From: an uncultured Acidobacteriota bacterium
GTDB lineage: Bacteria > Acidobacteriota > UBA6911
NCBI GenBank assembly: GCA_963827655.1
Contig: CAWHCF010000049.1
Coordinates: 256,001 to 320,000, forward strand
Reading direction: 5' to 3'
DNA: 64,000 nt
A program made the translations under genes and the position numbers. Under the pieces are notes generated by a model, which saw only the letters and a list, made by a program, of their open reading frames with translations, searched no databases and was not told the origin of the DNA. Of this stretch, positions 10,814 through 21,467 are shown one piece after another (the stretch's first letter is position 1; every line of letters begins with the position of its first letter).

Positions 10814-12148
10814 ATGTTTGAGAGCCTCTCGAACAAGCTGCAGAAAATCCTGAAGGACCTGCGAGGGCAAGGTCGTGTATCCGAGCGTCACATCGAGGAG
10901 ACCACGCGTGAAATCCGAAACGCGCTTCTGGAGGCGGATGTCCATTTCAAGTTAGCCAAGGAGTTCGTCGAGCGAGTCAAACAGCGTGCTTTAGGGCAGG
11001 AGGTTATGGAAGCCCTCACGCCCGGCCAGCAGGTGGTAAAAGTCGTGCGCGACGAGATCGTGACCCTGCTGGGAGGCGTTCAGAACGAGCTTGAGTTTGC
11101 CAGGCAGCCACCAACGGTTTTTCTGATGGTAGGACTGCAAGGCTCCGGCAAGACGACCACTTCGGCCAAGCTTGGATTGTGGCTTGCAAAGAACAATCAC
11201 GTCCCATTGCTGATGTCCGTGGATGTCTATCGCCCGGCGGCAATCGAGCAACTCCGGGTGTTATGCTCGGAGCATAATCTGGGGTACTACGATGCCGCGG
11301 GAAATCAGGATCCGGTCGGGCGCTCGGAGCAGGGTCTAAGACAGGCGCGTAACGGCGGCTACGATACGCTCCTGATCGACACCGCGGGACGCCTGCACAT
11401 CGATGACGAAATGATGCTCGAACTCAAGCAGATACGGGAAGCGATGTCGCCGACCGAGACCCTGCTGGTGGCTGACGCTATGACCGGCCAGGATGCTGTT
11501 CGTAGCGCGAAGGAGTTTCACGACCAGCTCGGCCTCACCGGCGTCATTCTGACCAAAATGGATGGCGACGCGCGGGGGGGAGCGGCCCTGTCGATCAAGT
11601 CCGTTACCGGCCAGCCCATCAAGTTTCTTGGAACCGGCGAGAAGGCGGACGCCTTGGAGCCTTTCCATCCAGACCGGTTGGCAGGGCGAATTCTGGGGAT
11701 GGGAGATGTTCTGTCATTGATTGAACGCGCCGAAGAAGCCGTCGATCAGGAACAGGCTCTGGAACTGGCCGAAAAAATCCGGAAGGATGAGTTCACCCTG
11801 GAAGACTTTCGAGATCAGTTGCGCCAGATTCGCCGGCTCGGACCGCTGGAGCAAATCCTGGGCATGCTTCCCAACATGGGACCCATGCGAGGCTTGAATA
11901 ACGTTAAAGTCGATGAGAAGGAATTGATTCACATCGAAGCAATTATTAATTCCATGACTCCCGAGGAGCGGCGCCATCATCACATTCTGAATGGGAACCG
12001 GCGCAAGCGGATCGCGCGGGGCAGCGGGCGTCCGGTTCAGGAGATTAACCGCCTCTTGAAGCAATACATAGACATGCGCAAAATGATGAAGAGTCTTAAC
12101 CGCGGTATCGTGCCCCGCATGATGAAAGGATTGCGCTTTCCGATGTAG
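10814..12148 (+). CDS. ffh: Signal recognition particle protein
   Basis: GLQGSGKTT, DTAGR, TKMDGDARGG, M domain SMTPEER. Confidence 0.97.
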   Translation: MFESLSNKLQKILKDLRGQGRVSERHIEETTREIRNALLEADVHFKLAKEFVERVKQRALGQEVMEALTPGQQVVKVVRDEIVTLLGGVQNELEFARQPPTVFLMVGLQGSGKTTTSAKLGLWLAKNNHVPLLMSVDVYRPAAIEQLRVLCSEHNLGYYDAAGNQDPVGRSEQGLRQARNGGYDTLLIDTAGRLHIDDEMMLELKQIREAMSPTETLLVADAMTGQDAVRSAKEFHDQLGLTGVILTKMDGDARGGAALSIKSVTGQPIKFLGTGEKADALEPFHPDRLAGRILGMGDVLSLIERAEEAVDQEQALELAEKIRKDEFTLEDFRDQLRQIRRLGPLEQILGMLPNMGPMRGLNNVKVDEKELIHIEAIINSMTPEERRHHHILNGNRRKRIARGSGRPVQEINRLLKQYIDMRKMMKSLNRGIVPRMMKGLRFPM

Positions 12149-12341
12149 CATTGGATTGCGGATTTGTCTCTCGCGTGACGAGACTTTCGGGTTCGAATTA
12201 TCCGCCGGAAGAACATGCAAACGGCGCCGGCGCTCAATCGATTCGTTCTTCAATCCGCAGTCGGCTGATCCTTGTTGCATCCCATTCATTGATGTGCCAC
12301 AATTCGAACAATTCAAGGATTCCGTTTGCTGAGGAGGACTG

Positions 12342-12593
12342 TTGCTGAGGATACGATTAACCCGAATGGGCGCGAAGAAGAGGCCGTTTTACCGTGTGGT
12401 GGTCGCTGAGCAAAGACAGGCGCGTGACGGAAGCTTTGTCGAGATCCTTGGTCACTACAATCCGGGCACAAATCCCCCCTCCATAAAGCTGGACTTGGAA
12501 AGGGTGGGGCACTGGATTGCCCGCGGTGCCCAGCCTTCGGAGACGGTACATTCGCTCGTGAAGAAGGCCAAACAAGCCGTATCAGCTACCTAG
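12342..12593 (+). CDS. rpsP: 30S ribosomal protein S16
   Basis: [19 protein letters not shown]...GAQPSETV. Confidence 0.96.
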   Translation: MLRIRLTRMGAKKRPFYRVVVAEQRQARDGSFVEILGHYNPGTNPPSIKLDLERVGHWIARGAQPSETVHSLVKKAKQAVSAT

Positions 12594-12683
12594 CTTCCCA
12601 TCTTCGTTCCTAATCGCGAGAAATCCCCAGTTATCGACCGAGCAGGCTGTGCAACTTTACGCGACCTCGCAGGGGAGGCGGTG

Positions 12684-12914
12684 ATGAAAGAGCTGGTAGA
12701 AATGATAGCGAAGGCGCTCGTGGACAATCCTGAACAGGTGGTCGTGACTGAGGTCGAAGGAGAACAGACCACGGTGTTGGAGCTGCGGGTCGCTCCATCG
12801 GATCTTGGAAAAGTGATCGGAAAGCAGGGCCGGACCGCTCGCTGCATCCGAACTCTGCTTGGTGCCGCGGGTATGAAATTGCGCAAAAGATTTGTCCTGG
12901 AAATCCTGGAATAG
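12684..12914 (+). CDS. khpA: KH-domain RNA-binding protein
   Basis: [14 protein letters not shown]...[13 protein letters not shown]; canonical rpsP-khpA-rimM position. Confidence 0.92.
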   Translation: MKELVEMIAKALVDNPEQVVVTEVEGEQTTVLELRVAPSDLGKVIGKQGRTARCIRTLLGAAGMKLRKRFVLEILE

Positions 12915-13447
12915 TGGGGCAAGTCGCTCGACCTTCTTTCATAGCAATTGCCAGAATCGTCAGGCCTCGCGGAAACCGCGGCGAGGTGTTGGCGGAACTG
13001 CACACGGATTCTGCCGGCCGCTTCGAGCAGCTGGAGGAGATCTGGTTAGAATACCCCGACCAGCGCCGTGAGCGGAGGATTCTCGAGAATTCCTGGCCGC
13101 ATCGTGGAAGGGTGGTATTAAAGCTCTCCGGCGTGAATTCGATTACCGAGGCTGAAACACTCGTGGGCGTCTGGATCGAGGTTGAGGTCGATCAGGCTGT
13201 TTCACTGCCCGAAGGAACCTACTTTGATCATGACTTGATCGGGTGCGCACTTTACAGCCCGAACGGCGAGGAATTGGGCACCGTCAGCGATGTCCTGCAT
13301 ATCCCCGGCAACGACCAGTTGGTGGTGCAAGGTAAACGGCAGGAAGTTTTGATACCGGCCAGGTCTGACATCTGCAGGGAAGTTTCTGTGGAACGAAAGA
13401 GAATCACGGTGGATCTGCCGGAAGGATTGCTGGACCTGAACAAATGA
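12914..13447 (+). CDS. rimM: 16S rRNA processing protein
   Basis: [23 protein letters not shown]-terminal PRC barrel PEGLLD. Confidence 0.93.
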   Translation: MGQVARPSFIAIARIVRPRGNRGEVLAELHTDSAGRFEQLEEIWLEYPDQRRERRILENSWPHRGRVVLKLSGVNSITEAETLVGVWIEVEVDQAVSLPEGTYFDHDLIGCALYSPNGEELGTVSDVLHIPGNDQLVVQGKRQEVLIPARSDICREVSVERKRITVDLPEGLLDLNK

Positions 13448-14172
13448 GATTCGACATCATTACGATTTTCCCTGACCTTTTCACGGGCTTCCTCGACCAT
13501 GGAGTCGTCCAGCGCGCCAGGAAATCGGCAAACCTGGACGTTCGTATCGTCAATCTCCGGGATTTCGCCAAGGATCGCCACAGGTCGGTCGACGATCGTC
13601 CTTATGGCGGCGGAGAGGGGATGGTTTTTATGCCAGCTCCGCTGTTTGATGCTGTCGAATTCTGCCGTGGAAGGGAGGGCCCGTCTGGTTGCCGGGTTGT
13701 TTTGCTCACCCCCCAGGGGCAAACCTGGACCCAGGAGATGGCCGTCGATTTCGCCGCAATTCCGCACATTATAGCGATTTGTGGTCGATATGAGGGCATA
13801 GACCAGCGAGTGATCGAAAATGTCGTGGACGCGGAAGTCTCCATCGGTGATTTCGTTCTGTCGGGGGGCGAGGTCCCGGCCATGGTTATCCTTGATTCAG
13901 TGGTAAGACTGATGCCGGGGGTGTTGGGCAACAGCGAGTCTGCAGTTAACGAGAGTTTCTCGACTGGACTTCTGGACTATCCCGTGTACACTCGCCCCGC
14001 CGATTTCCGCGGCTTGACGGTTCCCGCGGTTTTGCGGTCGGGAGATCACGCTCAAATCGAGCGATGGCGCCGCGAGCAGGCATTGGAGAAGACCTGGGAA
14101 AAACGTCCCGAGCTGGTTTCGCCGAAAGATCCGCGGATCGCGGCTGGCGAGCGAAAGAAAATCAAGAACTGA
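13444..14172 (+). CDS. trmD: tRNA (guanine-N1)-methyltransferase
   Basis: [34 protein letters not shown]. Confidence 0.97.
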   Translation: MRFDIITIFPDLFTGFLDHGVVQRARKSANLDVRIVNLRDFAKDRHRSVDDRPYGGGEGMVFMPAPLFDAVEFCRGREGPSGCRVVLLTPQGQTWTQEMAVDFAAIPHIIAICGRYEGIDQRVIENVVDAEVSIGDFVLSGGEVPAMVILDSVVRLMPGVLGNSESAVNESFSTGLLDYPVYTRPADFRGLTVPAVLRSGDHAQIERWRREQALEKTWEKRPELVSPKDPRIAAGERKKIKN

Positions 14173-14191
14173 AATAATTTGGAGTAATTTC

Positions 14192-14566
14192 ATGAACTCA
14201 ATGCAGGCGGTCCAGGGTTCTCAGCTTCGAACGGATCTCCCGAAGTTTCGCCCGGGAGATACGGTTCGCGTCCATGTGAAGATCAAGGAGGGTGACAAAT
14301 ACCGCATCCAGGTGTTCGAGGGCGTGGTAATGGTCATCAAACGCAACCAGGTATCGTCGACTTTCACAGTTCGGAAGGTTTCGTTTGGGTACGGAATTGA
14401 ACGCATATTCCCGGTACACTCCCCGATCATCGACAAGTTGGAAGTGATGAAAAGCGGCAAGGTACGCCGTGCTCGACTGTATTACCTCAGGGGTCGGCGT
14501 GGAAAAGCGGCCAGGCTCAAGGAAGTGGGAAAGGGCGAACGCGAGCCTCAGGTCGCTCCGAGTTAA
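14192..14566 (+). CDS. rplS: 50S ribosomal protein L19
   Basis: [22 protein letters not shown]. Confidence 0.97.
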   Translation: MNSMQAVQGSQLRTDLPKFRPGDTVRVHVKIKEGDKYRIQVFEGVVMVIKRNQVSSTFTVRKVSFGYGIERIFPVHSPIIDKLEVMKSGKVRRARLYYLRGRRGKAARLKEVGKGEREPQVAPS

Positions 14567-14872
14567 ACCCGGCGGCAGTGTTGCCCCGGCAGGCACGATT
14601 TTTCGCGAGCGATCAAACCAGCCGGGCTGCGCGCCCAGTCCCTGGCTGAACCTGTAAAACTGTCTTTTCATCGGAAAGGCAACATCGGCGTTATCTGCCG
14701 GACTGCGAACTGCTCAGGCGCTCCGCGGCAACGAAATGCCTGGCTCGAGTCGCGCGTCTGACTCTCTTGGAGTGAAATGTGGCTGGTGACCGCAAGGTCA
14801 GGATTCGGCATCGTGACGTTGCCCAAAGAATCGACCCTGTCAAAGGGCAGTCCTGATGGGCGTCTCTATGCC

Positions 14873-15159
14873 ATGGGAGCCCGGACCTCGAGCAGAGGCC
14901 TAAGCCACGCCTGGGCTGGATCTGGCACATTCTCTACATTATCTATTCGCTCGAGGTTGGCGTTTTTCTATTGTTCCTTCCCTGGCTGCAGATATGGGAC
15001 AACAATTACCTCCTCTATCGTTATCCCGGAATTCGCCCGATAATCGCCAACTCTTTTCTCAAGGGGGCCGTTCTCGGCCTCGGTATCGTTAACCTGCTGA
15101 TCGGAATTCAGGAGATTGTCGATTTCAGAAGGAACTTCAGAAGCTATTTTTCAAAGTAA
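14873..15159 (+). CDS. Small membrane protein (start probably hidden by an indel)
   Basis: Frame open from ~14875: SPDLEQRPKPRLGWIWHILYIIYSLEVGVFLLFLPW...WDNN...KGAVLGLGIVNLLIG; ATG 14873 is out of frame by one base in a G run. Confidence 0.6.
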
Positions 15160-15763
15160 GCCACTCCTGTACTACATCACCGATAGAAGGCAACTTCCCG
15201 AAAAGACACTCCTGCCCAACATTCGCCGCGTCATCAACCGAGGGGTGGATTTCGTTCAGATTCGTGAAAAGGATCTTTCCGACCGACAGCTTTTCGATCT
15301 GACTCGCCGCGTAATCGCATTAGCCCGATCCACTCGGTGCAGGGTACTGGTGAATGGGAGGGCCGATATCGCCCTCGCTGCCGGCGCTCACGGCGTGCAT
15401 CTCCCGTCTCAAGGCCTCCGCCTGGCTGATTTGAAATCATGGCTGCCGCCGGGCTTTCTCGCAGGTGTTTCTATCCACTCGATACGCGAGGGCCGCCTCG
15501 CTGCCTCGCAAGGGGCCGACTACGTCCTGCTCGGACCGGTTTTCCCCACGCCTTCCAAAGCCGGCTACGGTCCCCCTCTGGGTCTGGAGTATTTGAGGCG
15601 AGCGCGAGGGTCGTTGCCGTTAGCGGTCCTTGCGCTTGGCGGCATAAGACCAGACAACATCGAGTCTGTTCTAAACATAGGGGTCGCCGGAGTAGCGGGC
15701 ATTTCCCTTTTTCAGGACGCGCCGGAACAAATACCACTGAGCCTTGAAAAATCTCGCTTCTGA
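15116..15763 (+). CDS. thiE: Thiamine-phosphate synthase / TenI family protein
   Basis: YYITDR, QIREKDL, GVHL, GPVFPTPSK, ALGGI. Confidence 0.8.
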   Translation: MSISEGTSEAIFQSKPLLYYITDRRQLPEKTLLPNIRRVINRGVDFVQIREKDLSDRQLFDLTRRVIALARSTRCRVLVNGRADIALAAGAHGVHLPSQGLRLADLKSWLPPGFLAGVSIHSIREGRLAASQGADYVLLGPVFPTPSKAGYGPPLGLEYLRRARGSLPLAVLALGGIRPDNIESVLNIGVAGVAGISLFQDAPEQIPLSLEKSRF

Positions 15764-15880
15764 TGCTCTCTTTATATCAGGGGTAGAAACCCGGAAGATG
15801 CCGGCAACAGTGAAAAGTGTCTAATAATGATACTGTCATTCCGACATCAATAATGAGCGCTCACCCTCAGGTACCAGGGC

Positions 15881-16450
15881 ATGGACCCAACCACTGAACT
15901 TGTGCGTCGTAGCATCGACGGCGATTCCGAGGCCTTCGACTGTCTCGTGCGCGAGTACATGAATACTGTGGTGGGTCTGGCCTTCAACTATGTGGGTAAC
16001 TTCCACACGGCAGAAGATCTCGCTCAGGAGACCTTCGTCCAGGCCTTCCAATCGCTCGAAAGACTTCGTGATGGCACTAGATTCAAGGTCTGGTTACTCC
16101 GGATCGCGCGAAACAAATGCATAGACTATATCCGGCGTAGCCCTCGATGGCTTTCCATCGATCACGACCATGAGCTGCAGCGGGAGGTTTCGACCAAGGT
16201 CGCGGCGCCCTTCTCCCACGGAGAAGAGGCCTCTCGTTTCTCGGAAGCAGACCTTTTTTCGGCTCTCAATTCACTCCGAAAGGACTACCGCGAGATATTT
16301 CTGCTCAAGCACGTGGACAATCTCTCCTACAAAGAGATTTCGGGATTACTCGGGATGACCGTTTCCGCAGTTGGTGAAAAGCTTTATCGCGTGCGCGCGA
16401 TGATTCGAGAAAAGTTGGAAGACATCAAATCCGGGAGCAACAACTCATGA
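15881..16450 (+). CDS. ECF sigma factor
   Basis: AEDLAQETFV, WLLRIARN, LSYKEIS regions 2 and 4. Confidence 0.92.
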   Translation: MDPTTELVRRSIDGDSEAFDCLVREYMNTVVGLAFNYVGNFHTAEDLAQETFVQAFQSLERLRDGTRFKVWLLRIARNKCIDYIRRSPRWLSIDHDHELQREVSTKVAAPFSHGEEASRFSEADLFSALNSLRKDYREIFLLKHVDNLSYKEISGLLGMTVSAVGEKLYRVRAMIREKLEDIKSGSNNS

Positions 16451-18825
16451 CTTGCCCCACCTATTATCCGCGCCTTTCGAGACTGCTCGACGGAGAGCTT
16501 GCGCTCTCCGAACAGGCTGAGGTCCAGCATCACTTAGTCCGATGCGAAGGCTGTCGTCGAACATTGGAAACCTGGCGATTGCAGGGCCTTCTTGTCAGGG
16601 GTTTTTTCACACGGCACTCGGTGGGCGAGGACTTCGTTTTGAAGGTTCGTGAATCAACCCAGAAAGTTGTTGAGCCTGTTGTGAAGAACCGGCTGCGCGC
16701 GAATATGCTGACCGGGCTCCAGGTCGCCGCCGTTGTTTTGATCGCCATTCTGGTGGCGACCCTTATTCTCTTACCCGGGGAGAACTTGAGCCTGGCGGAG
16801 GTACTGCATTCCGGAGAACGACTGGATCTTCTGGGCGCAAACTCAGAATCCTGGATGCCGGGTGAAGCCGGAGCGCGCCTGCACAAAGGAGATTGGCTGC
16901 GCAACGTGAGAATCAGCCCGGTTCAGATTCTGCTCAGGGACTCTTCCCGGATCACCCTTGAACGGGGGACTCTGGCGCAACTTCAAGGAAGTTCCCGCGA
17001 CCTGGGAAATCAGCTATTCCTGGCTCGCGGCTCGATGATCTCGGATCCTTACGATGCTCGGAGGGACTTCCAGGTGGGGACGCCAGCCGGCGCAATAACA
17101 GGGTCGGGCGCCAGTTTCGGGGTGAGTGTCCGCACTTTGACACTGCCGACCCTTTCGATAGGGAGCGACAATTCTGAGCAGCTGAGAGGATCTGTCTTTC
17201 CGCTCGCTGCCGTCAGAGTGAAGCAGGGCAGTATCCAGGTGGAAACAAGATCTAGTCACAGAATGGTTTCTGCCGGGAACACTGCCATCTTTACCCCTTC
17301 TTTGTTCGCAGCCGGTCCCGCCGCGGGTAGCTATACGGGAATTACAACGCAGCTGCGTGCGGATGCTCAATCGGGACCCGGAAACGGCGTCTTGTCGTCT
17401 TCCCTGGTTCCGACTAAGGAAGGCGCGGAGATTGCCTTTGAAGCCGAACACGTTCCCCTGACTCGCCTTCTCGAATCCACAACCGGAAGCGCCGTCAGAG
17501 GCGGCGACAATCTTAGAGTTAGTGGAAGGTTAACGTACCCGGTCGATACGCCCGATCGCGCGCTGGTCTCGGCCATCGGGCATAGCCTGGGACTTGAGCT
17601 TGCGATCCGCGAGGAGCTCCGGCGCCAACAGACCGCGCTCCTGACGGAACGCGCGTCGCTCACTTCAAAAGATCGAGCGGCCGGCGAGTTTGTGATTCAG
17701 AAGTCGCCTCAGGGAACGATTTCGTTTGATTTCAAAGATGTGAACGCCGACGAAGTTTTTCGAAGCCTGCGCGCCCAGCAGATCGATTTGCCTGAACTGG
17801 CGCTAATTAGCGAAGACGTTCCCATCACACTCAACGCGACCGACTTGAAGCCTGAAGAAGTGCGTTCCTGGCTCCAGGAGCGGCTTCGGCTATCCCTGAG
17901 TGAGGAGGAAGAGCTGATTCAGGTGGTCGAAGTCGTATCGGCCGCAAAAACCGACGAGCAGTCTTCGGCGTTTCCAGTTCCCAAGACCCTCGACCCGCAG
18001 AAGTTTTTTTTCCTGACGGGCAGTGGGACAAGTCCGTCGTGGATTACGGCCTCACCGGCGGATCCGACGGCCGTACCGGGGGTGGGGGAGCGCTCGCTCT
18101 GGAGCATCATCACCGCAGGGGCAGGGAGTCAACCCCAGGGTAAAGCGCCGGTCGTCATACGGGAGACAGAACCCGCAGGGGCAGCAAAAACGGCAACCCG
18201 GCCCGCGGAGGCTTCTGAAGAAGAATGGCTCGTCGAAGAGACCCAATCCGCGGGACATCTCGTGTGGCCCGTGATTTCTTCGGCGGATTCAGGGTTCGAG
18301 GAGGTCTACTTTCTCGCGCAGCCCTCCGATGAAAAGAGAGAGACAATCTGGCTCGGCTACGACGGCAGCGGTCAACTGGTGGCGCGCGTTACGCTTGAAA
18401 TGGCGAGCTCGTCCATCGTGGTTCTACCCTCGAGGGACCTGAATTTCCGAATCGGCGATGGCGGCCACTGGGAGACATTGAGCGACACGCCGTTGGCTGG
18501 CTCAATGGCCACAAGGATCGATTGGAATCGTTACGATACCCAGTACGACGCGGTGGACGCCGGTGGCTTGAGTGATTATTGGGAATTTGAAACGCCCCTG
18601 GGAGGCTCCCGGTATTTCCTGGTTAACCCGGGCGAAGAGAGTGTGGACGTCGTCGTGGCGCTCGTACGCGAGAATCGAATTGTCGCCGCCGAGGAAGTCA
18701 TTCTGCCGCCTCATGGCTCTCTGGTATGGTCCGGTTATAGCCAGATCCCGGAACTTTATTCAGGCGCACGATTGATCCTGAAGTCGCTGAACGGGCGAGT
18801 CGCCGCCGGAACAGCCAGACGGTGA
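16447..18825 (+). CDS. Large anti-sigma factor: zf-HC2, TM, FecR-like, STN-like and C-terminal domains
   Basis: LSRLLDGEL...HLVRCEGC, TM helix, FecR-like LARGS...FQVGTPAG...GASFGV; ATGA-coupled to the sigma gene. Confidence 0.75.
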   Translation: MTCPTYYPRLSRLLDGELALSEQAEVQHHLVRCEGCRRTLETWRLQGLLVRGFFTRHSVGEDFVLKVRESTQKVVEPVVKNRLRANMLTGLQVAAVVLIAILVATLILLPGENLSLAEVLHSGERLDLLGANSESWMPGEAGARLHKGDWLRNVRISPVQILLRDSSRITLERGTLAQLQGSSRDLGNQLFLARGSMISDPYDARRDFQVGTPAGAITGSGASFGVSVRTLTLPTLSIGSDNSEQLRGSVFPLAAVRVKQGSIQVETRSSHRMVSAGNTAIFTPSLFAAGPAAGSYTGITTQLRADAQSGPGNGVLSSSLVPTKEGAEIAFEAEHVPLTRLLESTTGSAVRGGDNLRVSGRLTYPVDTPDRALVSAIGHSLGLELAIREELRRQQTALLTERASLTSKDRAAGEFVIQKSPQGTISFDFKDVNADEVFRSLRAQQIDLPELALISEDVPITLNATDLKPEEVRSWLQERLRLSLSEEEELIQVVEVVSAAKTDEQSSAFPVPKTLDPQKFFFLTGSGTSPSWITASPADPTAVPGVGERSLWSIITAGAGSQPQGKAPVVIRETEPAGAAKTATRPAEASEEEWLVEETQSAGHLVWPVISSADSGFEEVYFLAQPSDEKRETIWLGYDGSGQLVARVTLEMASSSIVVLPSRDLNFRIGDGGHWETLSDTPLAGSMATRIDWNRYDTQYDAVDAGGLSDYWEFETPLGGSRYFLVNPGEESVDVVVALVRENRIVAAEEVILPPHGSLVWSGYSQIPELYSGARLILKSLNGRVAAGTARR

Positions 18826-18939
18826 GTCCGATGGCGCGGACGCACGAGTTGAACCTACAACGTGTCTTCGTGTCTTCTGTCGGTGGCGCTACGAAACAAA
18901 TACCATCTAGTCACCAAGACACGAAGAAAAATCAAGAAT

Positions 18940-20127
18940 ATGGATGAAGCGACGATTCGTGCGTGGTGGTCCAATCGCCAGGGGTTGGATGGCACGCTGC
19001 GCGGAAAGTCCGCGGCTGACGTCCTGGAGCGATCCGGATGGGCTCGGTCTGTCGGTGGAGTCGGTCCCTACCTGACCCTCTTTTCACGCGCCGGGATCAA
19101 TCGCGAAGATTCGGATAAGGCGGTGGCCAATCTCGAGATTCACGAGTTGCCATCCGCCCGGGGCTGCACCTACGTCGTTCCAGCCGGCGACTTTCCACTG
19201 GCGCTCAGAGTCGGTCAGGAATTCGGCGAGGGCGAGATGAAGGTTGCGGGCAAGCTCGGTGTGACAGACAAGGAAATCGACCGGTTGTGTGATGCGGTTG
19301 CCGGGGCCCTTGCCAAAGGCCCCCTCGATCCGGAGCAGATTCGCGAGGCGACAGGGGGTGCGGCGCGCAACCTCGGTCCCGAGGGAAAAAAGAAGGGAAT
19401 GATTACCACACTTCCGCTGGCCCTAGGCAGGCTGCAATCCCTCGGCGAGATACGTCGAATTCCAAGCACAGGCCGCATCGACCAGCAGCGCTATCAGTAC
19501 GCGCTTTGGCGTCCCAATCCTCTGTCCGGGTTCAAACTCGCGCCGGCGGAGGCGTATACGGAGCTGGCGCGGCGCTTCTTCCGATGGATCGGGCCGGCGA
19601 CCCTGGGGGAGTTCCAGTGGTTTTCCGGGCTTGGCGTCAAAGCCAGCAAAGCAGCTGTCGAGCCCCTGAAGCTCGTCGCTCTCGAGAACGGCAGCGACCG
19701 GCTGATGTTTCCTGAGGCTCGCGATCGGTTGGTTGACTTCAAGGCGCCGACCAAGCCGCAATACTCCCTGGTGAGCAGCCTGGACGCGATCTCGGCACTG
19801 CGGCGCGACGTGAAAGGATTGCTCGACTCAAAGGACTGGAACCGGCGAGTCTTCATCGACAATTCGATGATGGCGGCGAAGGGACTGACGGACCTGCCGA
19901 ATCATGCGATTCTCGATCGCGGCCGCCTGGTCGGTCTGTGGGAATATGATACCGAGAAGCAGTCGATCGCATGGACCTCGTTCGGGATCAAAGATAAAAA
20001 GCTGGATGCGGCAGTGGAGCAGACCGAGAAATATATCCGCGAGCAACTCGGCGACGCGCGATCGTTCAGCCTCGATAGTCCCAGGAGCCGTGGTCCTCGA
20101 ATCGAAGCATTGCGAAAAACCGGCTGA
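18940..20127 (+). CDS. AlkZ/YcaQ-like (HTH_42) winged-helix DNA glycosylase family protein
   Basis: RQGL N-terminus, PYLTLFSR, RGCTY, LARRFFRWIGPATLGEFQWFSGL, ILDRGRLVGLW. Confidence 0.75.
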   Translation: MDEATIRAWWSNRQGLDGTLRGKSAADVLERSGWARSVGGVGPYLTLFSRAGINREDSDKAVANLEIHELPSARGCTYVVPAGDFPLALRVGQEFGEGEMKVAGKLGVTDKEIDRLCDAVAGALAKGPLDPEQIREATGGAARNLGPEGKKKGMITTLPLALGRLQSLGEIRRIPSTGRIDQQRYQYALWRPNPLSGFKLAPAEAYTELARRFFRWIGPATLGEFQWFSGLGVKASKAAVEPLKLVALENGSDRLMFPEARDRLVDFKAPTKPQYSLVSSLDAISALRRDVKGLLDSKDWNRRVFIDNSMMAAKGLTDLPNHAILDRGRLVGLWEYDTEKQSIAWTSFGIKDKKLDAAVEQTEKYIREQLGDARSFSLDSPRSRGPRIEALRKTG

Positions 20128-20189
20128 GGCGCCAATAACACGAAGACGCGAAGACTCAAAGAAACACGAAGCATTTTTGGAGTGACGAC

Positions 20190-21299
20190 GTGCTAGCGAC
20201 ACAGGTGAAGCAGAAGGAAGGCCGGTTCTATTTCATTGCCTACAAGGCAGGCGATCTGCTCGATCGAGTGAGGTTCACCAGCCGCTATTATTATGAAGGG
20301 GAGCGCATCGAGGCGGAAACGGGCGGCGAGGATGAGGTCGCGCGCTTCATTGCCGGCATCGAGAAAAACGAAAAAGCCTTCCAGCGTCAGCTGAACCGGC
20401 AGAAGGTGCGCCAGATTGTCAACTTCTACGAGACCGCGGTCAGTCAGCCTCTGATCCCGGGTACCATTTTGCTATTCACGGACGAAGAGCTGCGTTTTGA
20501 GCCGATGGGATCATTCGAAGCCGTGGGAAATTTGAGCGAACCCCATTCCAAGTATCTCGTGATCGACGGACAGCACAGGCTTGCGGCCCTGTATTTCTTT
20601 GAGCAAAAACATCCCGACCAGATTGACCGGGTCGAAGTTCCCTGCGTCCTGTTCGACGGAAAGAGCGGAGACTTCGCCACCGAGATGTTCGTCATCATTA
20701 ACTCTACCCACACCAAGATAAACAAGTCGCACCTGGTCGACCTCTACGAAAAAGTGTCGTGGGAGACGCCCGAGAAGAAATTCGCCGCGCGCATCGTGAA
20801 CCACCTGTATGAGACAGCGGACTCTCCCTTGCGCTATCGGATTAACCGCCTGGGCGGACGGAGCCGGCAGGAGAAATGGATTCTTCAATCGGAACTGTTC
20901 AACGAGCTCCACAAAGTCGTTCAGACACATCGTAAGTTCTTCGAGAAGCGTTTGCACCAAAGGCCGGATCGCGCCTACGAACTGGTTCGCGACTACTTGA
21001 AGGGAGTCCGCGAGGTGATGGAGGCGGTGTGGGGAGAGAACGAAAAATACATGTTTACGCGCGACGTTACCCTGAAAGCCCTCATTCGCGTGCTGGCGGA
21101 TTTGCTGGACGATGCCAGCTTGATGGCGGCCTGGCAGGAAGACCGCTCGCCGCGCCCGTTCCGGCAACTTCTCCAACCTTGGGCGGAAATCACCAAGGAG
21201 TTCCGCGCCGAAGGCTTCTACGAGCGTTTCCCGGCCAAGGGACAAGTGGAGCGCGTGAGGCGCATCCATACCCGTCTTCTGGAGGTTTTAGGCCGCTGA
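20190..21299 (+). CDS. DGQHR-domain protein (DndB/DpdB-like, ParB superfamily)
   Basis: FQRQL...VIDGQHRL...FVIINSTHTKI. Confidence 0.85.
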   Translation: MLATQVKQKEGRFYFIAYKAGDLLDRVRFTSRYYYEGERIEAETGGEDEVARFIAGIEKNEKAFQRQLNRQKVRQIVNFYETAVSQPLIPGTILLFTDEELRFEPMGSFEAVGNLSEPHSKYLVIDGQHRLAALYFFEQKHPDQIDRVEVPCVLFDGKSGDFATEMFVIINSTHTKINKSHLVDLYEKVSWETPEKKFAARIVNHLYETADSPLRYRINRLGGRSRQEKWILQSELFNELHKVVQTHRKFFEKRLHQRPDRAYELVRDYLKGVREVMEAVWGENEKYMFTRDVTLKALIRVLADLLDDASLMAAWQEDRSPRPFRQLLQPWAEITKEFRAEGFYERFPAKGQVERVRRIHTRLLEVLGR

Positions 21300-21352
21300 A
21301 GTCTCGTTGCTTCTTCGTGATTAGAGCTGCCTGACAAAAACCACTAAGGCTC

Positions 21353-21437
21353 TAAGGTTCGTTCGGGGACTTCGCCCCGAACGAAGGCCCCTTCTGAACG
21401 ACAACATGTTGGTTTGAACGTTTGCTAAGCGCCTAAG
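21353..21437 (+). mobile_element. ~85-bp palindromic MITE/REP-like element, copy 1
   Basis: Near-identical to the reverse complement of 39996-40081; 11-bp stem TTCGTTCGGGG/CCCCGAACGAA. Confidence 0.75.
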
Positions 21438-21467
21438 ACGCGAAGAAACACCAAGAAAACCGCAGCA

